Positions 35,089-43,510 of a DNA stretch of 51,550 bases are shown here, piece by piece. The notes under the pieces were generated by a model. That model made no database searches. It had not been told where the DNA came from and saw only the letters and a list, made by a program, of their open reading frames with translations. The number at the start of each line of letters is the position of its first letter. Position 1 is the first letter of the stretch. The DNA comes from a virus. Taxonomy: Duplodnaviria; Caudoviricetes. The translations under genes and the position numbers were made by a program. The stretch lies in IMG/VR virus record IMGVR_UViG_3300027798_000056, positions 1 through 51,550 of that record; one strand, written 5' to 3'.

Positions 35089-35496
35089 TTACAGCGCGAT
35101 TTTGCGGAGGAACGGATTCACAGCAGGGTCGCTCAACGCTACGTTAGCAGCAGCATCGTTGACACGACGCATTTGCACTTGCAAGTTGACGATGCGTTCA
35201 CCGCCAGCAGGCAGGTCAGCAGCCGCTGCGAGCAGTTGCTTGAGCAGGTCGTTCTTGGCAATTTGCATTGCAGCGAACACCTCATTGGAAGAAGTTGTAG
35301 CAACCTCTTCCATAGTGTCAAGTGGCAAGCCCATTGGCAAGTTGATGAAACGAGTTTCAAGCGTGCCATCGGTTGCAGGGACTTGGATTTCATAACCCAA
35401 GTTCATCCAAATCTGTGCTTTCGGACGTGCTGTAGCTGGTGCAGCAGCAGTTTTAGCAGCGAAGACAGGCTTGGTGATGTTGATTGCGTTGGACAT
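35089..35496 (-). CDS. N4 gp2-like ssDNA-binding RNAP II co-activator
   Basis: KAQIWMNLGY, FINLPMGLPLD, NDLL.QL, LQVQMRRV; GGAG RBS. Confidence 0.8.
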   Translation of the reverse strand: MSNAINITKPVFAAKTAAAPATARPKAQIWMNLGYEIQVPATDGTLETRFINLPMGLPLDTMEEVATTSSNEVFAAMQIAKNDLLKQLLAAAADLPAGGERIVNLQVQMRRVNDAAANVALSDPAVNPFLRKIAL

Positions 35497-35535
35497 GGTA
35501 GTACTCCAGAAGGTTGAATAACAAGGGATGATTCC

Positions 35536-35553
35536 CAAAAGCGACGCAGGAGC
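35536..35553 (-). promoter_or_regulatory. Virion RNAP hairpin promoter P2
   Basis: Template strand TCCC-AAAA-GCGAC-GCA-GGAGC; same spacing as N4 vRNAP promoters. Confidence 0.8.
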
Positions 35554-35567
35554 TTCTTCTCCACAGG

Positions 35568-35657
35568 CTACAGCCAGTTGAGAATAGCTTTAATGACACG
35601 AGTAAATCGTGTACGTTCCCAATTGATTGGGAGTTTGTAATGTTGACGTAGCAGCAT
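35568..35657 (-). CDS. Putative 29-aa early peptide
   Basis: MLLRQHYKLPINWERTRFTRVIKAILNWL with AGGA RBS. Confidence 0.4.
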   Translation of the reverse strand: MLLRQHYKLPINWERTRFTRVIKAILNWL

Positions 35658-35739
35658 TGGAGTTCCTATTAAGTTGGAGTGATAGTTGAAGACAGGTCTA
35701 CTATTAATAGACCTATCTTTAGTTTAACTATCGAGGATA

Positions 35740-35757
35740 GAAACCCCGTAGGGTTTC
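35740..35757 (-). terminator. Hairpin after gp1
   Basis: GAAACCC-CGTA-GGGTTTC. Confidence 0.5.
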
Positions 35758-35762
35758 ACTGA

Positions 35763-36074
35763 TTACTCAGTATCTTCGTCAAGGAGAGCGAAGAAGTGGT
35801 CAAAGGAAGCTGCAAATGATGCAGACTTAGCCTTTTGTTTAGTAACTTGCTCTGCAGCAGTAGCTAATTGCAGTGCTATTTCAGCCCTGCAGTTTTGCTT
35901 GAATGCTTTTGCTTCAAGTTTATATTGATATGCTTGTTCATTGCTTTGTTTGTTAACAAATGCAGTGAGCATATCTGCGCCAACACCAATAGCACCGATG
36001 GATGCAGTGATAGTGTTAGCAGTAGTTGCAACGGTTGTAAGGATAGAACCGAATGCGAGTTTAGTAGATGCCAT
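35763..36074 (-). CDS. N4 gp1-like first early protein
   Basis: MASTKLAFGSILTTVATTANT...; GGAG RBS; directly downstream of promoter P1. Confidence 0.7.
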   Translation of the reverse strand: MASTKLAFGSILTTVATTANTITASIGAIGVGADMLTAFVNKQSNEQAYQYKLEAKAFKQNCRAEIALQLATAAEQVTKQKAKSASFAASFDHFFALLDEDTE

Positions 36075-36102
36075 GATAGCTCCAGTAGTTGAGGCGATGT
36101 GC

Positions 36103-36120
36103 CTTAAGCGACGCAGGAGC
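36103..36120 (-). promoter_or_regulatory. Virion RNAP hairpin promoter P1
   Basis: Template strand C-TTAA-GCGAC-GCA-GGAGC. Confidence 0.8.
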
Positions 36121-36261
36121 GAGTGTATGGTGTACACAGTGTATGTACCGGGGGGGTACTTTATGTGTACGGGGGGTAGGTGTACCCAAATACTACAACC
36201 AAACATACATATTAAAAAATCTAAAACTTTCTAGATATAACTTTGTCTAAAAAATATTAGA

Positions 36262-36582
36262 CTAGATGTTTCTTATATTGTGATCCTCGATTACATCTTG
36301 GAAGTAGATGCGTAGAGGACAACCAGTAACAGGTGCTCTTTCTAAAGCAGTAGCTAGAACAGAATAGTCCAGACGTTCTGTTACTTCTGGTTCACCTTTA
36401 AGTACCTTGAGTAAGAGCTTATCTGCTTGCTTGATGTGCAATTGACAGATGGTACGGGCGCGACCATAAAGTTCAATGATGAGTACATGGCACTCAGATA
36501 GAAGATTGATGGTGTGAGAAGTAAGGGCGACTGTGCCAAGTACAGTGCCTGCTTCGCTGTAAACAGAAAGGGTGTTTGCCAT
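36262..36582 (-). CDS. Hypothetical protein
   Basis: GGAG RBS; 106 aa. Confidence 0.6.
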   Translation of the reverse strand: MANTLSVYSEAGTVLGTVALTSHTINLLSECHVLIIELYGRARTICQLHIKQADKLLLKVLKGEPEVTERLDYSVLATALERAPVTGCPLRIYFQDVIEDHNIRNI

Positions 36583-36668
36583 GTGATTAACTCCGTTGTG
36601 AATAAAGCTGCATTCTGTAAAGAATGGTAGGGCGCTTATTGATAATTCGCAAGTAGGGAGTTATGGAC

Positions 36669-36704
36669 AAAAAAATAGGGAGAGCAGTGGTTGCTCTCCC
36701 TATT
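36669..36704 (-). terminator. Rho-independent terminator
   Basis: Minus strand AATAGGGAGAGCA-ACCAC-TGCTCTCCCTA-TTTTTTT. Confidence 0.7.
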
Positions 36705-36961
36705 CTGCCAAATCATTCTCGTGGAGTAGAGAACTTTGACTGCAGCGGTTTACATGGCCATCCCCACTCACTGCTAACGGGTTTTGATTCATTGTAGGGG
36801 GAAGTCCCCTGTGTTCTTGGTTCCGGTTACGCAGTAACCGTTGAACAATAGGAGTCCCCATCTCTATCTCTTATTACTAAGGGAGATTTAAAAAGGAAGC
36901 ATCAGACTGAAAGGTAGGTTAAAGTATAAGCCTATTTCAACCAAAGCATAGGAAATCTTTC

Positions 36962-37186
36962 ATGACATCCTCAAACCAAAACAACGACTCATGGGTGCAC
37001 CGCGTTCTTGATGAACGGGCAGAGCTTGAGAAAAAGGTAGATGCCCTCCGTTTGTTCCTTGGTTCCAGCAAAGCAAGTGCTTTGCCTGACAGGTCACAAG
37101 CTGATTTGAGAGAACAGCTTTATCACATGGAAGGCTACGCTTGGGTCTTACAGCGTAGACTCCGTACCGCCAGCGCGCAAACATAA
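36962..37186 (+). CDS. Small helical phage protein (crAss001_48-like)
   Basis: RV..E..EL..K...L..F......F/L...L..QL..M..Y..VL..R pattern; AGGA RBS. Confidence 0.65.
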   Translation: MTSSNQNNDSWVHRVLDERAELEKKVDALRLFLGSSKASALPDRSQADLREQLYHMEGYAWVLQRRLRTASAQT

Positions 37187-37204
37187 ATCTAAGGAACCAA
37201 AGCC

Positions 37205-37897
37205 ATGACGACATTTACCGTTGAACTTCTGCAGAAGACTTTACCTTCCAATCTGCGAACTTCAGCCACACAAGGTTTGGTGGACATGCTCAACACTGTG
37301 AGCAGCAACCAACAAGAAGCTGAACTGATCCGTGAAAACTTTCTGGGTTACACGGCTGTACTATCTGAAGGGAAGTACAAGACAGAGGATTATTTGAATG
37401 CTGTGAAGTACGTGAGCTTCAAACTGATGAAGTGCAGCAACGAAGAAGCCTATGTGAAGACGTTCCCCCAACGCTATCAGCGTATGGTGAAAGAAGGGGT
37501 GAAGCCCAAGGACATTGGCTCGTATGTGTATGCGTACAGTAAAAACAAATTGGTCAACCGAATCATGGAACAGACGATGGTTCCAAGTTGGGTGCTGAAC
37601 CAAGACATTTTTCAGGAGGCAATCAACACTCAGGCCAGTCTGATGCGTGACCCGGACGTAAGCCCCAAGGTGCGAAGTGATGCAGCCAACAGTTTACTGA
37701 CCCACTTGGCCAAACCAAAAGAGGCAGGGCCACTGATCAATCTGGACATGCGTGACACGTCAGGCATGAAAGAAATGAAAGAGTTACTGGTCCGTATGGC
37801 ACAACAACAGCAGGGGTTGATCAAAGAAGGTGTGACAGCCAGAGACATTGCAGCAGCCGTGATCATTGATGTGGAGGTCAAGGATGGCTCTAATTAA
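37205..37897 (+). CDS. N4 gp69-like protein (probable small terminase)
   Basis: DYLNAVKYVSFKLM, VRSDAANSLLTHL; immediately upstream of terL. Confidence 0.8.
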   Translation: MTTFTVELLQKTLPSNLRTSATQGLVDMLNTVSSNQQEAELIRENFLGYTAVLSEGKYKTEDYLNAVKYVSFKLMKCSNEEAYVKTFPQRYQRMVKEGVKPKDIGSYVYAYSKNKLVNRIMEQTMVPSWVLNQDIFQEAINTQASLMRDPDVSPKVRSDAANSLLTHLAKPKEAGPLINLDMRDTSGMKEMKELLVRMAQQQQGLIKEGVTARDIAAAVIIDVEVKDGSN

Positions 37898-39476
37898 ACA
37901 AGAGATTGATGCTTGGCTGGACAGTGTGGACTACACCATACTGAACAGTCCTGATTACATGCCAACTGAGTTTGCATTGATCTTCATGAATTGGATCAAG
38001 TTGGTCAACGGTGGAACAGGGGAGTCACACAAGACTCCACCTGTACATCTGGCCATGCTGGACAAAGTTGCACAAGGGGTGAGTGATTACATTGCAAACC
38101 TTTGCTTCCGTGGTGCAGCAAAGACAACTCTGTTCATGGAGTATCTAACACTGTTCGTGGCTCAGTTTGGTTACTTGCCTAACTTCGGAAGAGTTGAGGG
38201 AATGATCTACGTGTCAGACTCAATGGATAACGGTGTGAAGTCTGCACGAAAGAACATTGAGTTCAGGTACAACAACAGTGAGTTCCTACAGTACTGGGTT
38301 CCAGATGCCAAGTTCACAGACAACTATCTAGAGTTCAAGAACAGAGATGGCATGATGTTGGGCGTCAAAATGTTTGGTGCCAAGACTGGTCTACGGGGAA
38401 CCAAGATTTTTGGTAAGCGTCCTGTGCTGTGTGTGCTGGATGACTTGGTGAGTGATGATGATTCCAAATCCAAGGTGGCAATGGAGTCGATCAAGGATAC
38501 AGTTTACAAGGGGGTGAACCATGCACTTGACCCAACCAGACGCAAAGTGATCTTCAATGGTACACCCTTCAACAAGGATGACATCTTGATTGAAGCTGTG
38601 GAATCTGGTGCTTGGGATGTAAACGTGTGGCCTGTGTGTGAACGGTTTCCTTGCACAAAGGAAGAGTTCGTGGGAGCATGGGAAGATCGGTTCACGTTTG
38701 AATACGTGGCCAACCAGTATGACATGGCTGTGAAGACGGGCAAAGAAGCTGGCTTCTTCCAAGAGTTAATGCTTCGGATTTCATCTGAAGAAGAACGTCT
38801 GGTACAGGAAGGGGAGATTCGCTGGTATGAACGTGCCAAGCTGTTGGCTAAGAAAGCCACATTCAATTTTTACATCACCACTGACTTTGCTACATCAGCC
38901 AAACAAACGGCTGACTTCTCAGTGATCAGTGTCTGGGCCTATAACTCCAATGGGGATTGGTTCTGGGTTGATGGTGTGTGTGAACGTCAAACGATGGACA
39001 AGACCCTTGCTGATTTGTTTCGCTTGGTTCAGATTTACAAACCTCAGTCTGTAGGCATTGAAACCTCTGGCCAACAGGGTGCATTCATTAAGTGGATACA
39101 GGCAGAGATGCTATCCAAGAACACTTACTTCAACTTAGCTTCGTCAGAGAAAAGTGGTGCAGCAGGTATCCGTTCACAAGGGGATAAGCTGACTCGATTC
39201 AACTTAGTACTCCCACTGTTCAAGCTTGGAAAGATGTATTTCCCTGAAGAAATGAAACGAAGCGTTATCATGGGCATCTTCATGGGACAACTACGACTTG
39301 TAACCAAGTCAGGCATCAAGGGTAAAGATGACTGTGTTGATACAATCTCACAGCTTTCCTACCTTACGCCGTGGAAACCTTCTGAATCTGCCCCTGTTAC
39401 TCCTGATGAGAACAGTCTTTGGGAAGAACAACAGGAAGTGGAAGCTCTTAGTGGACTTGCCTCTTACATTGTTTAA
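37884..39476 (+). CDS. terL: Terminase large subunit (N4 gp68-like)
   Basis: FRGAAKTT, VLDDL, NGTP, TTDFA nuclease motif, DDCVD. Confidence 0.92.
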   Translation: MALIKQEIDAWLDSVDYTILNSPDYMPTEFALIFMNWIKLVNGGTGESHKTPPVHLAMLDKVAQGVSDYIANLCFRGAAKTTLFMEYLTLFVAQFGYLPNFGRVEGMIYVSDSMDNGVKSARKNIEFRYNNSEFLQYWVPDAKFTDNYLEFKNRDGMMLGVKMFGAKTGLRGTKIFGKRPVLCVLDDLVSDDDSKSKVAMESIKDTVYKGVNHALDPTRRKVIFNGTPFNKDDILIEAVESGAWDVNVWPVCERFPCTKEEFVGAWEDRFTFEYVANQYDMAVKTGKEAGFFQELMLRISSEEERLVQEGEIRWYERAKLLAKKATFNFYITTDFATSAKQTADFSVISVWAYNSNGDWFWVDGVCERQTMDKTLADLFRLVQIYKPQSVGIETSGQQGAFIKWIQAEMLSKNTYFNLASSEKSGAAGIRSQGDKLTRFNLVLPLFKLGKMYFPEEMKRSVIMGIFMGQLRLVTKSGIKGKDDCVDTISQLSYLTPWKPSESAPVTPDENSLWEEQQEVEALSGLASYIV

Positions 39477-39487
39477 GGTTCAGACAC

Positions 39488-40186
39488 ATGCAACTCAACG
39501 ACTTATTCAATATGCTCGCCTATGGTGAGCTATCCAATCATCACATGGCCAGTGCTGGTGATGGTACTCTGGCCTTGGCCAAACAACCACAGATCGTACA
39601 TTACGCTAACGAAGCACTTGTGCGTCTGTACACGAAGTTCATACTCAAAGAAAAAGATTGCGTTGTTGAATTGCAAGAGGGTATTACGATATACCGCCTG
39701 ACACCAGAATACTCAACCACAGGTTTTGACAGTTCAGTGGTAGATGCTCCATACATTCGTGACACTGTTGATGCATCATTTCAAGATGATGTGCTTAAAG
39801 TCTTGGCGGTTTACAGTAATCAAGGTGGTCATCGTCCCTTGAATGATCCCAACAACTGTTGGTCAGTCAACACACCCACCTTTAAAACACTACAGGTAAA
39901 CTTTCCTCGTGCCAATGAACTGTTGGCGATTACTTATCAAGCAAAGCATCCAACACTTGATGGGACGAACCAAGAGATTGAGCTACCAACAACTTTGCAT
40001 GGTGCTCTGACAGCATTCATTGCTTACAAGGTGTACTTCAACATGAACACGCCAGAATCTCAAACTATTTCACAAGGTCATCTGGCCATGTTCAACAATA
40101 TTTGTGCAGACACAACTGAGGCAGATGCTTTAAACTTGAGTATCAGCGGTGTAAACACACGCTTCAATCTTGGTGGATGGAGATAA
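39488..40186 (+). CDS. Virion structural/adaptor protein (N4 gp67-like)
   Basis: LAYGELSN, NEAL.RLY.KF.L, TYQAKH, RF..GGW; synteny. Confidence 0.75.
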   Translation: MQLNDLFNMLAYGELSNHHMASAGDGTLALAKQPQIVHYANEALVRLYTKFILKEKDCVVELQEGITIYRLTPEYSTTGFDSSVVDAPYIRDTVDASFQDDVLKVLAVYSNQGGHRPLNDPNNCWSVNTPTFKTLQVNFPRANELLAITYQAKHPTLDGTNQEIELPTTLHGALTAFIAYKVYFNMNTPESQTISQGHLAMFNNICADTTEADALNLSISGVNTRFNLGGWR

Positions 40187-40188
40187 TT

Positions 40189-40620
40189 ATGGCGTTTCAA
40201 CCCTTCTTTCCAGATTGCCGGGTAGATCAATCAGTATCAAGTTGTTCAACACCACAAGATGCTGTGAAGACTTCCCGTCTTCCACTCACTGAGCTTGTGC
40301 AGAACGACACTGGTCCACAATTCTTGATGACATTGAAAGATACCAATACGGGTGACTTCCTCAACTTGTCTCGTTTGGGTACTGAAGTTCAGTTCAACTT
40401 TGCTACCAGTCCGGGTGCTGATACCAAAGCAGTGATCCCTATGTTTCCGGGGCCAAATGCAGCATTGGGGCAAGTGATGTTGGATTGGACAGCAGGAACA
40501 TCTGGAGTAATGGATACTACAGGCACTTACTATGGTGAAGTTCAAGTGACTTGGCCTGATGGTCGTATCCAGACTACACCTGCAAAGCTGAAGTTCCGTA
40601 TTCGTGGAGAATTGGGATGA
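40189..40620 (+). CDS. BppU-like tail attachment protein
   Basis: VQNDTGP...TL.D...LNL, GTYYGEVQVTWPDG.IQT. Confidence 0.6.
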   Translation: MAFQPFFPDCRVDQSVSSCSTPQDAVKTSRLPLTELVQNDTGPQFLMTLKDTNTGDFLNLSRLGTEVQFNFATSPGADTKAVIPMFPGPNAALGQVMLDWTAGTSGVMDTTGTYYGEVQVTWPDGRIQTTPAKLKFRIRGELG

Positions 40621-40868
40621 GCATTGAGATAGCTTCCATTAGCTTCATCGAGAGTGAAGTTGCAGAAATGCACCGCATTGACATGTATGCGGTGTTATTT
40701 GCCAATGGGTTGTGGTTGGTACTGGAAGGTTTCTTGAATGGTTATGCAAGCACTGAAGCTTCAGTAGATCGACTGCACTTGATCATCCATGACACGATTC
40801 AACCTGAGTTCTCTTTGGTTACTTTACATACTTGGCTTCACACAGAGCTACCTGCTCTTACAAATTAA
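40617..40868 (+). CDS. Hypothetical protein
   Basis: ATGA overlap. Confidence 0.5.
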   Translation: MSIEIASISFIESEVAEMHRIDMYAVLFANGLWLVLEGFLNGYASTEASVDRLHLIIHDTIQPEFSLVTLHTWLHTELPALTN

Positions 40869-40877
40869 AGGACAGTT

Positions 40878-41540
40878 ATGTTAATGACTGATAAAGTAAA
40901 TCAATTAGCTACAGACTCAAATCTGGTGCACAGTTGGGTGCATGGCACAGGAACAGTGATCACTGAAGGTGGTGTTGTTCGTACACCTGCCAAGCTAATT
41001 GCTGATAAGGCTCTGGAAGTAACTGCTGCAACCACTGCAGCCATTAACTTGGCTATTAGTGGGAACATTGCCATTGTGAATACAGTAGCAAACAAGATCA
41101 GCAATGTGAATGCAGTAGCTGACAAGTTGGTTGCTGTTCAGACAGTGGTGGATAACCTACCGCTTATCAGCACCATGAATAGCAATATTGCCACCATTAC
41201 GACTGTCAAGAACAACATCACTCAGGTGAACTCTGTCAGCACCAAGCTGCTTGAAATTAAAGCAGCAGCAGACAACTTGCTTACTATTGCTTCAGTGGGT
41301 AGCAGTATTGCCAAGGTGCAGACAGTCTCTGACAACATGGTAGATGTGAATGCTGTGGTTGATAACCTTGCTTACATCCAAGCATCACCTGCCAATGCTG
41401 CTATTGCTTCAGAGGCTGCAGCTTATATAGCTATATCTGTAGATGCTCTTGTTCTTACTAGCATTACCTTCCCTTTGGATTTGGGTCTTATTGTTGATCC
41501 TGTCACCCCATTCAATACTTTTGATCTTGGAGCACTTTAA
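40878..41540 (+). CDS. Short fibre/adaptor with 10-aa repeats
   Basis: N-terminus paralogous to the 43511 ORF; about ten decad repeats; DLG-motif tail. Confidence 0.7.
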   Translation: MLMTDKVNQLATDSNLVHSWVHGTGTVITEGGVVRTPAKLIADKALEVTAATTAAINLAISGNIAIVNTVANKISNVNAVADKLVAVQTVVDNLPLISTMNSNIATITTVKNNITQVNSVSTKLLEIKAAADNLLTIASVGSSIAKVQTVSDNMVDVNAVVDNLAYIQASPANAAIASEAAAYIAISVDALVLTSITFPLDLGLIVDPVTPFNTFDLGAL

Positions 41541-41541
41541 T

Positions 41542-43452
41542 ATGTCAAGCTTGCTAAAACTTCGCCGTGGTTCCACTGTTTCACATGCTGGCTTTATTGG
41601 TGCAGATGGTGAAGTGACCTTCAATACAGACACCAATGAACTTATTACACATGATGGAGCTACTGCTGGTGGTTTTCCCGGTGGTGGTTATATGCCTGCA
41701 GGCATTGGTGCTGTAGCTACCACAATCCAAGCGAAGTTACGCGAGAGTGTAAGCGTGAAAGACTTCGGTGCTGTTGGCGACGGGGTGGCGGATGATACGG
41801 CGGCATTTTCAGCAGCATTTCTTAGTGTTGCAACGGGTGGGCGCGTCTATATCCCTAAAGGCACCTACTTAAATTCTGGATTTTTCCACTATTCGGCAGA
41901 CGATGTGGTGGTGTTTGGGGATGGTGACGCTACAGTTTTAAAGACAACAGACACAACCACAAACTCGAATTACATTTTTAAGCTAACGGGGAGCAACAAC
42001 GTTGTCAGGGATTTTTGTATTAATGGGGATAAAACAAATTTGTCAGATGTAACGATTACATTCCGCGATGGCTTGTATCTCCTTGGAAATAACAATTCAG
42101 CAGAGGGTGTTTCAGTTATTAACACCACTTCGTCGGGCATCCGTTTACAAAACGGCAGCGCACCCGGCGATGGCACAGGTGCTACTGTCAGCAGATGTCG
42201 CGTTTCAAACGTTGGAACCCTGTATGCGAATAATAACGCCTTCGGTATTATTGTGGCGTATATGGTAGGGGTAAAAATTAGTGGAAATAAGATTGATGGA
42301 TCAGTTGCTACTGGAATTTTTACATATGGTTGTATCCAGCAAGTCATTTCAGACAATAACGTTACCGGTACGGAGAACGGTATTAGAACCCAACCAGTAA
42401 ATAGCACCCCGACAGGTGGAGATGTTTACGCGACAATCACTGGTAACGTAGTTTATGGCGCAGCAGGTGATGGCATCAGGTTTACCGGGAATTACACAAG
42501 TGTGTGCGGCAACACGGTAACGGGGTGTACAAGCAATGGAAGCGGTTTATTTTCACAGGGCGGCAAGTACGTAACTATTACTGGAAATACTTGTGCAGAT
42601 AATGAAAACTATGGCTGTGCCATTTCCACTGCACTTGGAAATCCAGCGCAGTATATAAACATCATCGGCAACACCTTCACTGGCAATTTTTATGGGGTAC
42701 TCCTTTCCCCCGGAAAATCAGCAGATACACTTACGACATTTACGATAACTGACGTTCTTGTTTCTGACAATTTACTATTAGGTAATACAAGTCTAGGTTT
42801 AACCTGCACGGCGAATAGCACTACAGGTTCCACAGCTACTATAGGTAGCAACTCTAGTGGAGCCATTAGCATAGATTACACAGCCTGGACCTTAGGTAAC
42901 GGCGGCACTAAGGGGCCTAATATTGCCTCCGCAGCCACGATTAGCGTTGGCAGCGCGCTTACTTATAATGTTTCTGGTACTGCCGACATACAAACTATCA
43001 ACGGCGGTAATGATGGGGACGTAATAAGTCTGTATTTCGTAGCCACCGCTGCAAGTAACGGGCTAGTTAACGCGACAGGAAACCTTCGTTTGCAAGGCAA
43101 CTTCCCCTACATGTTGGACAGCATCATCACACTTCGTAAAAATTCCGCAAACTGGATCGAGGTATCTAGAAGTTCAAATACGCTTGTAAACATTACATCA
43201 GCGGCCACCATAACGATTACAGGGGACGTTGGTGTGTATGGCGTCACTGGCACAGCAGATATAACAACAATAAGTGGCGGATATGACAGACAGCAAATTG
43301 TCTTGTACTTCACAGGGGCAGCGGCATCTCTTGGCGTTGTTGATGGAAGTAACCTGAAACTGGTAGGAAATTTTGCATATCAAAGTTATTCCACACTGCA
43401 TTTGATAAAGGCAGGGTCAAATTGGCTTGAAGTGTCGAGAAGCATTAACTAA
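41542..43452 (+). CDS. Tailspike/depolymerase 1 (Mtd_N-like anchor, right-handed beta-helix, duplicated C-terminal domain)
   Basis: LKLRRG...F.GA.GE.T..TD....HDG.T.GG; SVKDFGAVGDGVADDTAAF; ITGN repeats. Confidence 0.85.
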   Translation: MSSLLKLRRGSTVSHAGFIGADGEVTFNTDTNELITHDGATAGGFPGGGYMPAGIGAVATTIQAKLRESVSVKDFGAVGDGVADDTAAFSAAFLSVATGGRVYIPKGTYLNSGFFHYSADDVVVFGDGDATVLKTTDTTTNSNYIFKLTGSNNVVRDFCINGDKTNLSDVTITFRDGLYLLGNNNSAEGVSVINTTSSGIRLQNGSAPGDGTGATVSRCRVSNVGTLYANNNAFGIIVAYMVGVKISGNKIDGSVATGIFTYGCIQQVISDNNVTGTENGIRTQPVNSTPTGGDVYATITGNVVYGAAGDGIRFTGNYTSVCGNTVTGCTSNGSGLFSQGGKYVTITGNTCADNENYGCAISTALGNPAQYINIIGNTFTGNFYGVLLSPGKSADTLTTFTITDVLVSDNLLLGNTSLGLTCTANSTTGSTATIGSNSSGAISIDYTAWTLGNGGTKGPNIASAATISVGSALTYNVSGTADIQTINGGNDGDVISLYFVATAASNGLVNATGNLRLQGNFPYMLDSIITLRKNSANWIEVSRSSNTLVNITSAATITITGDVGVYGVTGTADITTISGGYDRQQIVLYFTGAAASLGVVDGSNLKLVGNFAYQSYSTLHLIKAGSNWLEVSRSIN

Positions 43453-43510
43453 TGTACGTTTACTTGCTCCCTCACACCCCTACAAACCATCTGAAATCAA
43501 GGAGTAACAA

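Larger units (their letters stand above)
36121..36960. other. Probable genome-end / terminal-repeat junction region
   Basis: Early (-) and late (+) blocks diverge here; in N4 these blocks start at opposite genome ends; G-tract/GTAC repeats present. Confidence 0.55.

Noticed and set aside
34844-36120. The three identical 15-mers as a CRISPR-like array
   Set aside because: Spaced by hundreds of bases containing genes; better explained as promoters. No CRISPR array was seen in the window
41443-41541. Programmed frameshift fusing ORF 40878 to tailspike 1
   Set aside because: The overlapping frame is open for about 33 codons, but there is no convincing slippery site and an ATG sits right after the stop
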